From contig OZ296653.1 of assembly GCA_965655095.1 (NCBI GenBank), positions 5,704,001 to 5,768,000 of the forward strand: a stretch of 64,000 bases of DNA, written 5' to 3'. Under the pieces are notes generated by a model. It saw only the letters and a program-made list of their open reading frames with translations. It was not told the origin of the DNA and searched no databases. Shown in pieces: positions 52,101 to 64,000 of this stretch. The position numbers and the translations under genes were made by a program. Within the stretch, counting starts at the first letter, position 1; every line of letters starts with the position of its first letter. This DNA is from Haplodiscus bocki (taxonomy: Eukaryota).

Positions 52101-55100
52101 AAATCTTCCCCTGAGTAACGCTATGCACTTCCTGTGGGGGGGGGGGGTTGCAATAACTACTTCCGATGTATTTGGTTTTATTCTGCAAGCTACTCATGAG
52201 TCGGAAAAGCGCGTTCTGTTTTGCTCAGAAATGAGGTTGTTTTTAACAGCTATTAGTGAGTCTCCGTGGAAGTTTTAATCTCCGTCTAGTTCTGTCTTTT
52301 CCACGGATGTAGTCGTTCAGGATGAGTTCTTTTGAATTGATATTCTCTTTTGGCCATTTTTGGCATAGACAAATCACGTTTTAGTTCGATGTCAAGACTG
52401 CATTGGAAAACGTTATTCGCCTATCTATGTCAAAGAGACTCTTGGTGTTTATTTGGAGAATGTCGAGAAAACCAGTCAGTCTGACTTGGCTCCCTCTTGC
52501 CTGATTTCCACTTTCTGTCCTTTATTGAACAATTCCAGGTTGCTGATTTTGAGCTTCTCTGCAGGTACCCCTTGATCCAGGAGTTCCCTCCGCCTCAGAA
52601 TAAGATTTTCTTTCAAAGCATCTTCTTTCGACAGAGCAGGTAATATAAACATTGCTCTTTGTTTCAACATTTCCCGATGTTCATGACTTTCTGCCAACGT
52701 CAGGCGTGCTTCGTGTTCATTTGGCAATGTTACCAGCAGCGTTTGTGGTTTTCCGTTCGGCGTCAAATTTTCTAAGTCTTCTGAGCTCCACGATGCTCCT
52801 TTTGACTACCATTGTGTCCAGGATATTGTTCTTTTCGGCAATTGTCGGGGCTAGATTTTATTCTTTGTCTTTACTGGGGTCCTCTGGTACCAACTGAATT
52901 CGCAATCTTTGACTGATGTGATTTGTTATTCCTTTGTTAACTTTCTGTGAGGCATTGGTGTTGCCTGATTCCGTGGACTTCTCCATGGCGACTACGGCAG
53001 CGTATGTTTTTCCGACTTTTTCACAGGTTAATTCATGGCTTCGCCGACTTTTTGATCCACTAGGTCTGTCAATCTTTTCTCTATGTTCTTCAACTTGTCA
53101 ACCACATTAAGGGTTGGTAGTTTTTTCGAGATACTCGCTAGCGCTCTACCTCGTATGAAATTATCAAGGTCATTGTTTTCAACGCATTTGTTGCACAATA
53201 GCATTACGTTCACTCCCAATTCTTCGATGCCACTGATGACTGCAGTTGGCAATGCGGTGCATTCCCGGGTAAGATGCATGTGGCAGTTACATGAAACGCA
53301 CATGTATGCCTTGTCACTACTAGGAATGGACCAATTTTAGGACCCAGTTCAATTCTGTCTCGGTCAAAATGCCGAATTCCGGTCTCGGGGGCTCGATTGA
53401 ACGAAGCGCGGGGCTCAAGTAATTTTAGTGTAATTTGTTTTTCCGGAGAACCGCCCACACCCTTTTGCCGACGCACGATAATTATCAATATACACACTGC
53501 AAGAACAATCAGGATGATAACTCCAAATATAGAGATAAGCCAAGCCGAGATTTTCAATATCGTCCCATAATTTCTGTTTTCGTTTTTTTGGTCTGCTTTA
53601 AGGAACATAATCCGAGATCTTTTACAGTCTTTGAGTGATGTAATTTTTGATCCATGATGTTGAAATTTTGGTCACTGCCTCTAAAGGTGTTTTTCGTACA
53701 CTTGTCCATGGGAAGTTCCATTCTGTTCTTTTTGTACCATTCTTCAATCCTATCCAGATCATCCTGTGTTTCCCAGTATTATTTCTTGATTGAGAGTACT
53801 TTCAAGTCGTCGGTGAAGATGAATGGCTCAGAAAAGGTTAGAACTTTTGGTAGTTAGTTTAAAAATATGCAGAACAGCAAAGGGCCAATGCGTGACCTTT
53901 GGGGTACTCCATTTGTAATATCTATTGTTCAGGAGCTTCAGTTGTCGATTCTAACAAACTGCTTGCGATTATCAAGGTAGTTGATCAGGATTTCAAGTAG
54001 ACACCCGCCTACCCCGATTTGGGCGACCTTTTGGATGAGTTCATAGTAAGGCACTTTGTCAAAAACTTTAGAGAAGTCTATGTAGAGGGGCACAGTTTCG
54101 GAGTTTGGGTCTCTGTGCAGCGGTTCATGTATCTTTTTGAGAAAGGACAAATTGTTCGAAAGAACCGGTCTGTGCTTCACAAAACCCTTGTTGATGTTTG
54201 GTAAGATAGAAGGTGAAGTGGTTGTAGAGAGCTATATAGATGCATTTTTAAAAGATTTTGTTTTCAATGACCAGTGGAGAAACTGGTCTGTAGTTACCGA
54301 CCTTTCGTCTATCCCCCTTTTCGTGAATTGGCGTAACTGCAGTCGTCTTCTAACTATCCGGAATTTTTCTTAATCTCTTGATGTTCGTGAAGAGTTGGTT
54401 CAGAATTTTGCTTATTTGCTGGAAGTCTTCTGGAAGAACGCTGGAGGAAGGCCTTTCGGCCTACGGGATTTTATTACATCAATCTGGGCAACTATTTTCT
54501 GGATTGTTCGCTTCCTTATATCGAATTTTGTCGAAATAGGATTTTCGCTTTTGGCCGATATTGGTTATGCTGAACTACTATTTGGGACAGAAAACTGATT
54601 GGAAGAATTCATTCAGCATGTCAACTTGTTCATTGAGATTTGTGCTGCTGATGTTGCAGCTGATCATGATTTTCGATAGGCTGGGTGATTTGTTCAGGCA
54701 TTTCGAGTGCTTGAAGATTGCATCAGTGTACCGTGTGCTTAGCCGCTTTTCTTGGTACTCTTTCCGGCCTTGCTCTGAAGAAGCAGTTACAAGGTTCTCT
54801 AGCTTTTGAACTTGTTGCTTCCGGTAAGTGGTGGACTTTTTTCGAGCAGAGCTTTGTGCATTTCCAGCTTTTTCAGAAGATTAGATGGGTGGCTGGTAAT
54901 CCTCGGTGCTAGACCCTGTCTGTGCCGTGTCCGTCTTGGGACATAAATCTCTATCATTTGATCGAGATACTGGTAGAATTTTTTATTAATGTTCGTGTGA
55001 TAAATTGTTTGGAATGGATTGACTGCAAGGTAGTTGTTGATGCCTTTATAGTCCGCATTTCCAAAACTTCTGGAGTGCTGGTTTACTTTCAGTGACAGGA

Positions 55101-56904
55101 CATTCTAACGTGGTGTGGACTGCCTCGTAGTTTGTCCAGTCGTATGTAATGGGAAAAGATAGATATTTTTCTGAAGAAAGAAAACTATTTCGGTAGAATG
55201 CTACATCTAGTATGTTCTGAGAGCAGGGCGCGAAATCGATGGCTTGTCTGAGCAGAGCTTCCTCAAATATTTCTAGGAGTGAGTTCAATTTCTCGCTAGA
55301 ACTGCTGTTTGGGCTCCAGGTGGTTTCGGGGAAATTCAGGTCACCACATATTATGGCCGGCTTGCTTTTTGGAATGTTTTCCAGGAGTTTTTGGAAATCT
55401 TCCCCTGAGTAACGCTATGCACTTCCTGTGGGGGGGGGGGGGTGCAATAACTAATTCCGATGTATTTGGTTTTATTCTGCAAGCTACTCATGAGTCGGAA
55501 AAGCGCGTTCTGTTTTGCTCAGAAATGAGGTTATTTTTAACAGCTATTAGTGAGTCTCCGTGGAAGTTTTTATCTCCGTCTAGTTCTGTTTTCCACGAAT
55601 GTAGTCGTTCAGGATGAGTTCTTTTGAATTGATATTTTCTTTTGGCCATTTTTGGCATAGACAAATCACGTAGTTCGATGTCAAGACCTCATTGGAAAAC
55701 TTTATTCGCCTATCTATGTCAATGAGACTCTTGGTGTTTATTTGGAGGATGTTGAAAACCCAGTCACTCTGACTTGGCTCCCTCTTGCTTGATTTCCACT
55801 TTCTGTCCTTTATTGAACAATTCCAGGTTGCGGATTTTCAGCTTCTCTGCAGGTACCCCTTAATCCAGGAGTTCCCTCCGCCTCAGAATAAGTTTTTCTT
55901 TCAGAGCATCTTCTTTCGACAGAGCAAATAATATAAACATTCCTTTTTGTTTCAACATTTCCCGATATTCATGACTTTCTGCCAACGTCAGGCGTGCTTC
56001 ATGTTCATTTGGCAATGTTACCAGCAGCGTTTGTGGTTTCTTCCGTTCGGCGTCAAATTTTCTAAGTCTTCTGAGCTCCACGATGCTCCTTTTGACTACC
56101 ATTGTGTCCAGGATATCGTTCTTTTCGGCGATTGTCGGGGCAAGATTTTCTCCTTTGTCTTAACTGGGGTCCTCTGGTACCCCCTGAATTCGCAATATCT
56201 GACTGATGTGATTTGTTTTTCCTTTGTTAACTTTCTGTGAGGCATTGGTGTTGCCTGTCTCCGTAGACTTCTCCACGGCGACTACGGCAGCGTATGTTTT
56301 TCCCACTTTTTCACAGGTTAATTCATAGCTTCGCCGACTTTTTGATCCACTAGGTCTGTCAATCTTTTCTCTATGTTCTTCAACTTGTCAATCACATTAA
56401 GGGTTGATAGTTTCTTCGAGATACTCGCTAGCGCTCTACCTCGTATGAAATTATCACTTTCATTGTTTTCAGCGCATTTGTTGCACAATAGCATTACGTT
56501 CACTCCCGATTCTTCGATGCCACTGATGACTGCAGTTGACAATGCGGTGCATTCGGTGGTAAGATGCATGTGGCAGTTACATGAAACGCACATGTATACG
56601 TTTTCACTACTAGGATTGCACCAATTTTAGGACCCAGTTCACTTCTGTCTCGCTCAAAATGCCGAATTCCGGTCTCGGGGGTCTCGAATGAACGAAGCGC
56701 TGGGCTCAAGTAATTTTAGGGTCATTTGTTTTTCCCGAGAACCGCCCACACCCTTTTGCCGACGCACGATAAATATTAATATAAACACTGCAAGAACAAT
56801 CAGAATGATAACTCCAAATATAGAGATAATCCAAGCCGAGGTTTTACAATTTCGTCCCATAATTTCAATTTTCGTTTTTTTTGGTCTGTGCCAAGGAACT
56901 TGAT
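33835..56904 (-). repeat. seven-unit head-to-tail tandem array (~3.29-3.31 kb period) of the LINE 5'UTR-ORF1-ORF2 (3'-truncated)
   Basis: Anchor TCCGAGAT at 33835, 37141, 40440, 43734, 47027, 50324 and 53611, ending at TTCGAGA 56905. The ORF track repeats with the same period. Confidence 0.97.
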
Positions 56905-56944
56905 TTCGAGAAAGAGTCGTGTCTTGATTTCGAGAAAGAGTCGT
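56899..56944 (+). repeat. 22-bp direct duplication at the array boundary
   Basis: CTTGATTTCGAGAAAGAGTCGT at 56899-56920 and 56923-56944. Confidence 0.95.
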
Positions 56945-57946
56945 AAATGAAGTTTGCTATAAGTGCTCAGGACTCTTTTGTCTGTGCACCAACAACGATT
57001 ATCATATCAAAGGGCCACCACGGCTGCCCTGGTGTTTCATTTAATCTGAAACTATGTAAGAGATTTAGGATTCTTGAAAAAAATTAAAATTTAGAATAAT
57101 CTCTGCGTGGGAATTATCTCGCCAGGTGCGTAGAATCGATGTTTGAGCAGTTGAACGTTTCTAGTTTTTAGGCTTGATTCGATTACCTTAAGGGCTATGA
57201 TTTTAGACCGTGATTAGTCAAAAGTGACAAAAAATCCTGTTTTTGGTTTATTTCAGAAATGACTTTTATCTTAAACTAACTGCTCAATTTCTTTCATCTT
57301 AAGCTTAATCGAAAGCCTATTGTATGATTTTTTAATTAGAACACTGTTTCGTTATTTTGTTTTCTTTTGATGGTCCAAGCATTTCTACGAATGCATGTGA
57401 TGTTGATTTCAGTTGAATTTCTTGAATGAAATTCCTTCAACTGGAGGAAGTTTCTAGATTTTGTTCCAATTTCTAAAACATATGGTCTAAAAATAGGTTG
57501 TCGAAGTTCCTCAAAGTTGAAAATGTTTTGCTTTCATAACTACTCATTCAATTTTGTTTTAGTTCGGGGCTGTATCGAAAACCCTTAGGTTTGATTTGAT
57601 TGATTTAATATAGGTAATGCTGAGATTCAAACCAGTAGCCTATGAATTTGGAACCCTTTGCCCCTACTCTATAGGCCACGGAGTAAAAAGTAGGCAGATA
57701 ATGGTGCTTTCTGAAACTGATGGCAACAGAGAGGCTGAAGAGAATAATATACTATATCAGTCAGGCATTTTATATTCTTTTGGAAAGCCTAGAAGTCAGT
57801 TCTTAGTGCCAAATTTTCTTATCGGTGAGCATTTATTCATTCAATGCCGCGTCTTCCCCTTTCTCGCAAGTGTATGTGAGACGCTGTTTTTCACTGTATG
57901 ATTGTATTTTATGAGTATTTTGATATTTACCATGTTGTGTGTTTAG

Positions 57947-58341
57947 ATTTGAAAGGAATGATGAAACCGCATCGAAATCACCTGAGTCATGAAGCGATCT
58001 GTTCTGATTTGCAAAGACTGCGAGATTCAATAGAAAGCCACGAGAGGGAAGAGAAGGTTGTGCAGGTTTCCAATGAGTTGATCGACCATTTAATCAATCA
58101 CCAACGCACGCTGGACAAATGTGAACAAGATTTAGACCCGTTCTACCTGTGCATGTATCTGCATCACTTGTGTCGCATGTTGTCGAGGTTGTACAAAGTG
58201 GCCCCTTGCGCTGTTGATGCTGGTGGTGTAAGAATATCAGCTGAATGTAAACAAATCAGACTGAATTGTTTCCAAAGAGCTCTTTCTGTTCTGCATCAGG
58301 GCTTGTGCCTCATGGGGGTCACTCCTCTGCAGAAAGTTTAA
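57947..58341 (+). CDS. RARS2: RARS2-like terminal exon (DALR domain)
   Basis: gtgtttag acceptor in phase 1, matching 32496; 'DLDPFYLCMYLHHLC...IRLNCF...VLHQGLCLMGVTPLQKV*'. Confidence 0.9.
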
Positions 58342-60147
58342 GTTGAAGTTCATTTCGAAATACTCAAAACAGACATTTATTTTTTTAGAAAATTGTCCTT
58401 CTCTGCTGAAGATGTTTGCAATTCATCCTTCTTTGAGAAATATTCGAAACCTGAGTAACTTTATTTGATTCCCTCGAACTGAAATTTTGTTTGTCCTTCC
58501 GAATTTGGCTGTGAATTTCGAAGAAACGCAATTTAATTTGAAGATTTCAATCGTCCAGCCAACCTTATGGAAGAGATCATGTTTCGCAAATATCCCAATT
58601 GTATTGTATGCGTCAAGATTCGTATGTCAAGAACCGTTTGCACTTTTCGATTTTTTCTCAACTTCAAAGTGTAGCTTCAACGTTTTGTATGTTGCATTTC
58701 AGATATTTATGCGTGAATTAGCATTACATATTTAAAAATAACGAATAGTTGTCCATTGCCTATAGTCGTTGTATTTGAGTAGGAAAACAAATAAAGAGAA
58801 GGAAAGAATTCGCAGTTCTCTTCTAATTTGGATTACCACAATTTAATACCAAATATTCTATTCTCACTCTTCAATTGCTCACTTTCGTTCACGTTTCTTC
58901 GCCTTTCTTGTTAATGGACGGATAATTCGGCTGAAAGAAAGGGAAAAAAAGAAAACATCGTTTTGGACTGTTTCATGCTGCACGTTCTACGTAATTGCCC
59001 ATAATCACTACTGCAGTATCCCTGATTTGCATTGCAGAACGTACAAGAGTGGATGATGAAGCTATTTGTGGAAGGAAGTAGAATGTATGTTGTTGTGCAC
59101 ATGCTAATGGTATCACTTTGATTTGTTCACTACACTTACTGAAATACAGCATTAAAATTGTTATCGTTATTGTTACACGATTTACTTCATACCTCGTGTA
59201 TATGTGCCTACACCTCCTGTTGATTGCGTGGTGCTAAAAATTATTGATCGCATTATTCTAAACAGGCTGAACGGCAAAAATAGAGTAAGAGGCCAGCGAA
59301 GTTCTGCACCCGTCAATTAACTCACTATGAGGCAGACAAATTGTGCCCAGTGGTATCTTTGCTCATAAAATGGCGCCACTTTTTGAGGCTTTTTTCAGCA
59401 AATGCTTCGAGTTATCGGCCTTTTGGCTAAACATAAATTTTCAGTCAAATGATTACATTGGTCTTCTAGAAGAGTGCGACCTTCCAGTTTTAGATTATTT
59501 TGAAAAAGCTGGAATTGCATGGCAAATAATACACTTTCGGAGTGGACAAAGATATTGTAAGTTCATTGGAAGAGCTATCGAAAGTTAATTTTATTTGCTA
59601 AAATCGACGCCTATAATAAGTTCAAAATTGAGTCAGAAAATGCTTCTTCTTACCCATGTAGTTATTTGTCATGGTCGGTATTTTTTTCAGTTTTTACCAG
59701 AAGTTTCGTAAAGGATTCTAGATAGGAAAACATCCTGAAGACACTGTAATTCTTTAGGATGTCCTCAACAATTATTGATTTTTGCGGTATTTCGAAAAGT
59801 TACCTCCAAAAAATGTGAGCCAAAAAAAATTTAACCCCTATCTTCAAACATTTATTTGCTATTTTGTTGAAAATTCAACTTTTTCCCCATTTTCTTGCCA
59901 AATTTGTCCAAAAAAAATAACGCTACTTTTCGAAGGATATTCAAAGATTTTTATTAAGCTATTTTTTCCAAAAAAATGTTCCAAAAATCATTCATAATAG
60001 CAAATCCAAACTTTTTTCGTATTGGTCAGAAAAATTTCGGATGAAATTGTCATCTACGTTCAATTTCAAGGATCTTTTGTTTCTAGGACTGTGGTCTAAC
60101 TCGTTTACTTTCAATTATTCCTTATCAAAGTTGACTTATAACAGTTT

Positions 60148-60195
60148 TGTCGCTTTTTTTAGAACACCACTGTCGCTTTTTTTAGAACACAACTG
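60148..60195 (+). repeat. 23-bp tandem duplication
   Basis: TGTCGCTTTTTTTAGAACAC(C/A)AC twice. Confidence 0.9.
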
Positions 60196-60606
60196 TAGTG
60201 TTAAAATCACCTAATTGTAAATAAAGTTATCGAAACTATTTATCTCGAAAGGATTTATTTGAAAATTGCGCATCTTTTGGAATTTGCGTCTATTAAATTA
60301 TTCCTCAGATAGTTTGTCTAAATGTTAACCCTAGTTTTGCAGCTTCACGCTTTGAATCAGTCAAAATGATTCACCCACGATTTCAGAAAAACTAAAACAT
60401 CTTTGGCGAAACATTATCTGATATGTTCTGAAATACAATTTCAAAAAAGAAGGTTTGAAATATGAACACTTTAATGAAATTTCTGGCGTGAAAAAAGCAA
60501 GATTATATTTTTGAGATTTCACGTGGGGTGGAAAAACTGGATTGAATTATTGAATTAAACCGGGTGCATAACTGTTAGCTGTTGTAAGCGATTCAAACGA
60601 GTTAGC

Positions 60607-60911
60607 ATGCGGAAGGCGGATTCGGTGGAAAGCGCAGATGTGCCTTTGGGTGGAGTATCCGGGGGTAACCAGAAGAGTTTTTGGGACATCGACGGATACA
60701 AGGAAGTGATAAGGAGAGCTAACAACAGCAACTCTCAACTGAGTCAGTTTCGTAAGTTGTTGGACGAGAGAGCGCAGATGGAAGCCAAGTACGCGGAGAG
60801 TCTGTCTAAGTGGGCCACCACTTGGAAGAGGAGCATCGACGCTTCTCCCGAAGAGGCCGACTTGAAGTCAGCGTGGCTCGCTTTTGCCCATGAGGCCGAT
60901 GCTATTGCACG
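60607..60911 (+). CDS. PACSIN: PACSIN/syndapin-like F-BAR protein, first coding exon
   Basis: 'SFWDIDGYKEVIRR...ERAQMEAKYAESLSKWATTWKRSIDASPEEADLKSAWLAFAHEAD' follows the PACSIN FCH pattern SFWE.GNYKR...ERA.IEK.YA.QL..W...W. Canonical CG|gtaagt donor. Confidence 0.88.
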
Positions 60912-62079
60912 GTAAGTCCTCCCCATTGATCAAGCTGACAAACCGCCAGTTTATTATGAGCGGCGCGCGTTTGACAGCAGAACTCACGTCGAATCGATCC
61001 AAATTTTGTGGTTACATTTTCTGGGAAATTTTCTTGATGTTACAACTTGTGCCATACCTCCCCACTTTGGGTTTACTGGAACTTTTCTAGAAGGCAAACA
61101 CGGAAACTTTTTGTGATTACATCCTTGAATAGACTGGAAAGTTTTCGGGCAACCCCCTTTTTTCGATTATCCGCAAGTTTTGCTGGCGTGATTTTTGAGT
61201 GAAGTATATAACCGCCAAACGTCGACATGATGATAACACTTTTGATGTTTTATGCTTGAGAATGAAGTAATGGAAATTAAACCCACTCTTGGTCAGGCAA
61301 CGCCCTCAATGGACTAGCATTCTTAATAAAACGAAGAGAGATCCTGGAGTAAGAAATATCTTTGTACTTGGGCTTAATACCGATAGATTTTTATTCAGCG
61401 CTTTTACTTGAGTAAAAAAGCCGACTCTTATAGTCTCTCTGTTTTTCTTCAGAACGAATTGTCTTTTTTTCCCGAACTTTTTGCCTGGCATTTTGTTTTA
61501 AAGCATCCAAATACAGTTCATGACAAGCACGGGCAAATATTCTTAAAAATCAAAAGGTCCCCTTGCGAATTTTTTCGGTACTCTGAGACAAAAAGTTTTG
61601 GAACTTTTTCGTCATACCCCTCTTTATGGTTAATTCATATTTCCGCTTGGAATAATTTCTTTATGCTTTTTTCCGTTCATTTCCATTTATATTCTCCACT
61701 TCCCAAGCTAGAGCGAACGTCATCTACTCTTCGCTTTCTGAAAATGGTTCTTCATTCCCAAAGCGTCGAAAAGTTGGCCACAGTCAAATCGGCGAAAATT
61801 TACCAGTAGATCATTGTATGCTCCGCGATTTTTCAATGCCTTGAATTTTTGGATGCGATGGAACTTCTTGCTGAATTCATTCTTCCATCTTTTAGAAATC
61901 ATTTCATGCTTAATGCCTAGCATGCTTGATACCCATGTTTTTTTTATCAAAAGAAAATCTGTATACCACAGGAAAGTATATCGTCACTTGATTTTCCGTC
62001 GTATATGCGACAAGGTAGAGGGTAGTCAAGGTATTAACCGTTGTGGATAAACAATTGTAAAAAGGGATATCACAAAAAA

Positions 62080-62445
62080 ATTGTGTTTTCGGAAGAAAAT
62101 AATGCGAATGACAGCCCAAAAGCATGGCAAGGTGGCAAAAGTGGAAGATTTTAGTGTGGCGGATAATCGATGGATAAAAAGAGTCATATGTTATCGATGG
62201 ATAAATAGAGTTGTAGATAACCGAGAGATAAATGGAGTATCATGAAAGTTTGTTTATTTCCGGAAAAACCAGTAGAAAATGTGAAGGGCAGGCAAACAAC
62301 ATATATGGTAAGTTGGCGAAAGTGGAGGATATTAGTGTGGCGGAAAATCGCGGGATGAAAGGAGAGTGTTTGCCTCTCGAACATTTTCTGCTATATGTAA
62401 AGTATATGCTATATGTATTCTGCTATATGTATCACGAAAGTTTTT
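62080..62445 (+). repeat. degenerate ~180-bp-period tandem repeat
   Basis: ATGG.AAG.TGGC.AAAGTGGA.GAT.TTAGTGTGGCGGA.AATCG at ~62124 and ~62305; TTTC(C)GGAA.A upstream and GTATCA.GAAAGTTT downstream of each copy. Confidence 0.7.
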
Positions 62446-64000
62446 GAGTTGGTATTCCCGAAAATTATTTCGTATAAGCAAAGGTCTACTTATCCTATGA
62501 AACTGCTTCGGTGCAATATTGTAAAAAATGCAAACTCCTGTGAAATTGGATCAGTCCCGTGTGAGTTCTGTTATGCTACGAAAAAAGTAGATGTAGATGT
62601 CTCGGGCCAACTATAAATTGATTTGAAACTTTAAAGGGAGTTCGATATGTCAGAACAAAAGGTTTAGTTTAGATTTTTCAGTCGTATTTATTGCAAAATC
62701 TGGAAAACGAATTGTTTGACTATTTTTTTTACTCGGGCGCTTTTTAGAAGTGTCCGATTTGTAAAGTGGTTTCAAATACTGTTCCACAAGAATTTTGCAA
62801 TTTAGTGCTGCGGTCTCAGCCGCCCTGGAAAGGGCAATCCAAAGCACGGGAACGTCATATATTACGTACAGTAAAACGTACACAAGTTTTCAACCAAGTG
62901 CCGATAATTTTTGTGATACAAGGCCATACATATTGAGTGCAAGGGCAGCGAAGTGTTGGGCCGTTCCCGGCTTGTTTGAGTAGTATCGACACTAAATATT
63001 TGTGTCCAAATTTCAAATCTCTTCTGAAATCTCCGTTTTTGGGAGATGTGCTGCAAACTGCATATAGCAAAAGTCTCGTGTTTCTCAGTTTTCGACATTT
63101 TCCGCAGTTTTGCCTTTTTCCTTTCCTCAATTTTTTTCGCAGTCTTACATGTTTTCAAAAAACAAGAATTTTAGAAGTAATTTTCGACAAATTGCGGCGT
63201 ATTTTTTTTTACTCAGGTTGTCATGCTTCGGTATTGATGGGTAGTGGTGTTCCGAATTTATAAAAAAAACCAAAAGAAATTGTTTTGCCAGCTTTGCGAA
63301 GCGCCGCTCCGCATCTGTGTTACACTTGCTACAAAAATTGTTGTACCATTGCCTTCTCACTTTTTCCCGATTCGTTCACTGGTAACAAATTTTCCAATAT
63401 TTCGGTTGGCAGAAAAAAGTAGAGTGTTCGGGACCCAAAACTAGGACTCTTCGCACTGCAGATCCTCTCGGGGGTTGACAATTTTCTTAAACAAATGTGG
63501 AGCAAGTTAACCGCTATAGCGTTTCGTTCTTGTTTAAATTTGTATACGAACGTTTAAAAATTTACTGATTTAATAAAGCTGGCAAACTGCCATCTTATCA
63601 CGCTCGACACGCGTTTTTTGTCACAACCGCAATTGTTTCGAGATTTCCGGGATTTTGTCCCCAAAGTTTTGTGGCAATTTTTGGCATCGAAATATATCAA
63701 AAATAGGTCTTTAAGGTATTTTTATGGCGTCTATTTTCTGTAGAAAACTCCCTTTTTTAACACTAAATGGAAATTTGTCACTTCCCAGTCACAAATTTCT
63801 CATTTAAAAAGGTTTTTCTGATATCGCCACTACTACATTGGTCCATTTGGTCACTCCAGTATTCGTTGGCAGTTTTGCTGTGTTGAGTTTCGAAAAAAAA
63901 TTTACAAAATTCCACTTGAAATTCTATGTATGTTGACTGGAGAACAAAAACATTTTTCAAAATTTTTTTTATTTGCGCGTTCTCACCGCTTCTCTGATGA

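Noticed and set aside
33407-56903. Many recurring plus-strand ORFs in the array (e.g. MMLKFWS..., MVMLNYY..., MFQHFPM...)
   Set aside because: They are antisense shadows of LINE ORF1/ORF2 and recur only because the DNA is repeated.
56899-62445. Short direct repeats as a CRISPR-like array
   Set aside because: Only two copies each, no unique spacers, eukaryotic context.
61000-64000. ORFs in the PACSIN intron
   Set aside because: Low-complexity F/K-rich frames typical of AT-rich non-coding DNA; no continuation of the F-BAR domain recognised.

Overview
AT-rich animal (metazoan) genomic DNA with spliceosomal introns. (1) About 233-14.8 kb, + strand: a decayed but structurally readable Ty3/gypsy LTR retroelement. 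Its order is gag (CCHC), protease, a dUTPase-like stretch, RT, RNase H, integrase, a TARG1/Poa1p-type macrodomain, a ~4.5-kb accessory block, a class-I-fusion-like env, then a probable PPT/3' LTR. The accessory block holds three tandem paralogous ~100-aa Trp-rich ORFs, an antisense JmjC-like Fe(II)/2-oxoglutarate oxygenase and an antisense Cys-rich membrane ORF. This combination is the main candidate for an undescribed system: an envelope-bearing retroelement carrying putative erasers of ADP-ribosylation and methylation. (2) 18.7-58.3 kb, + strand: the last six exons of a divergent, mitochondrial-type arginyl-tRNA synthetase (RARS2-like), with two probable GC-AG introns. (3) Its last intron (~25.4 kb) is filled by a seven-unit, ~3.3-kb-period head-to-tail array of a dead minus-strand CR1/Jockey-group LINE, apparently seeded by a ~10-bp microhomology. 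(4) 60.6-60.9 kb: first coding exon of a PACSIN/syndapin F-BAR gene. Two copies of a tRNA-derived SINE-like repeat, MITE-like elements and small tandem repeats are also present. All calls come from motif reading by eye; no searches were run.
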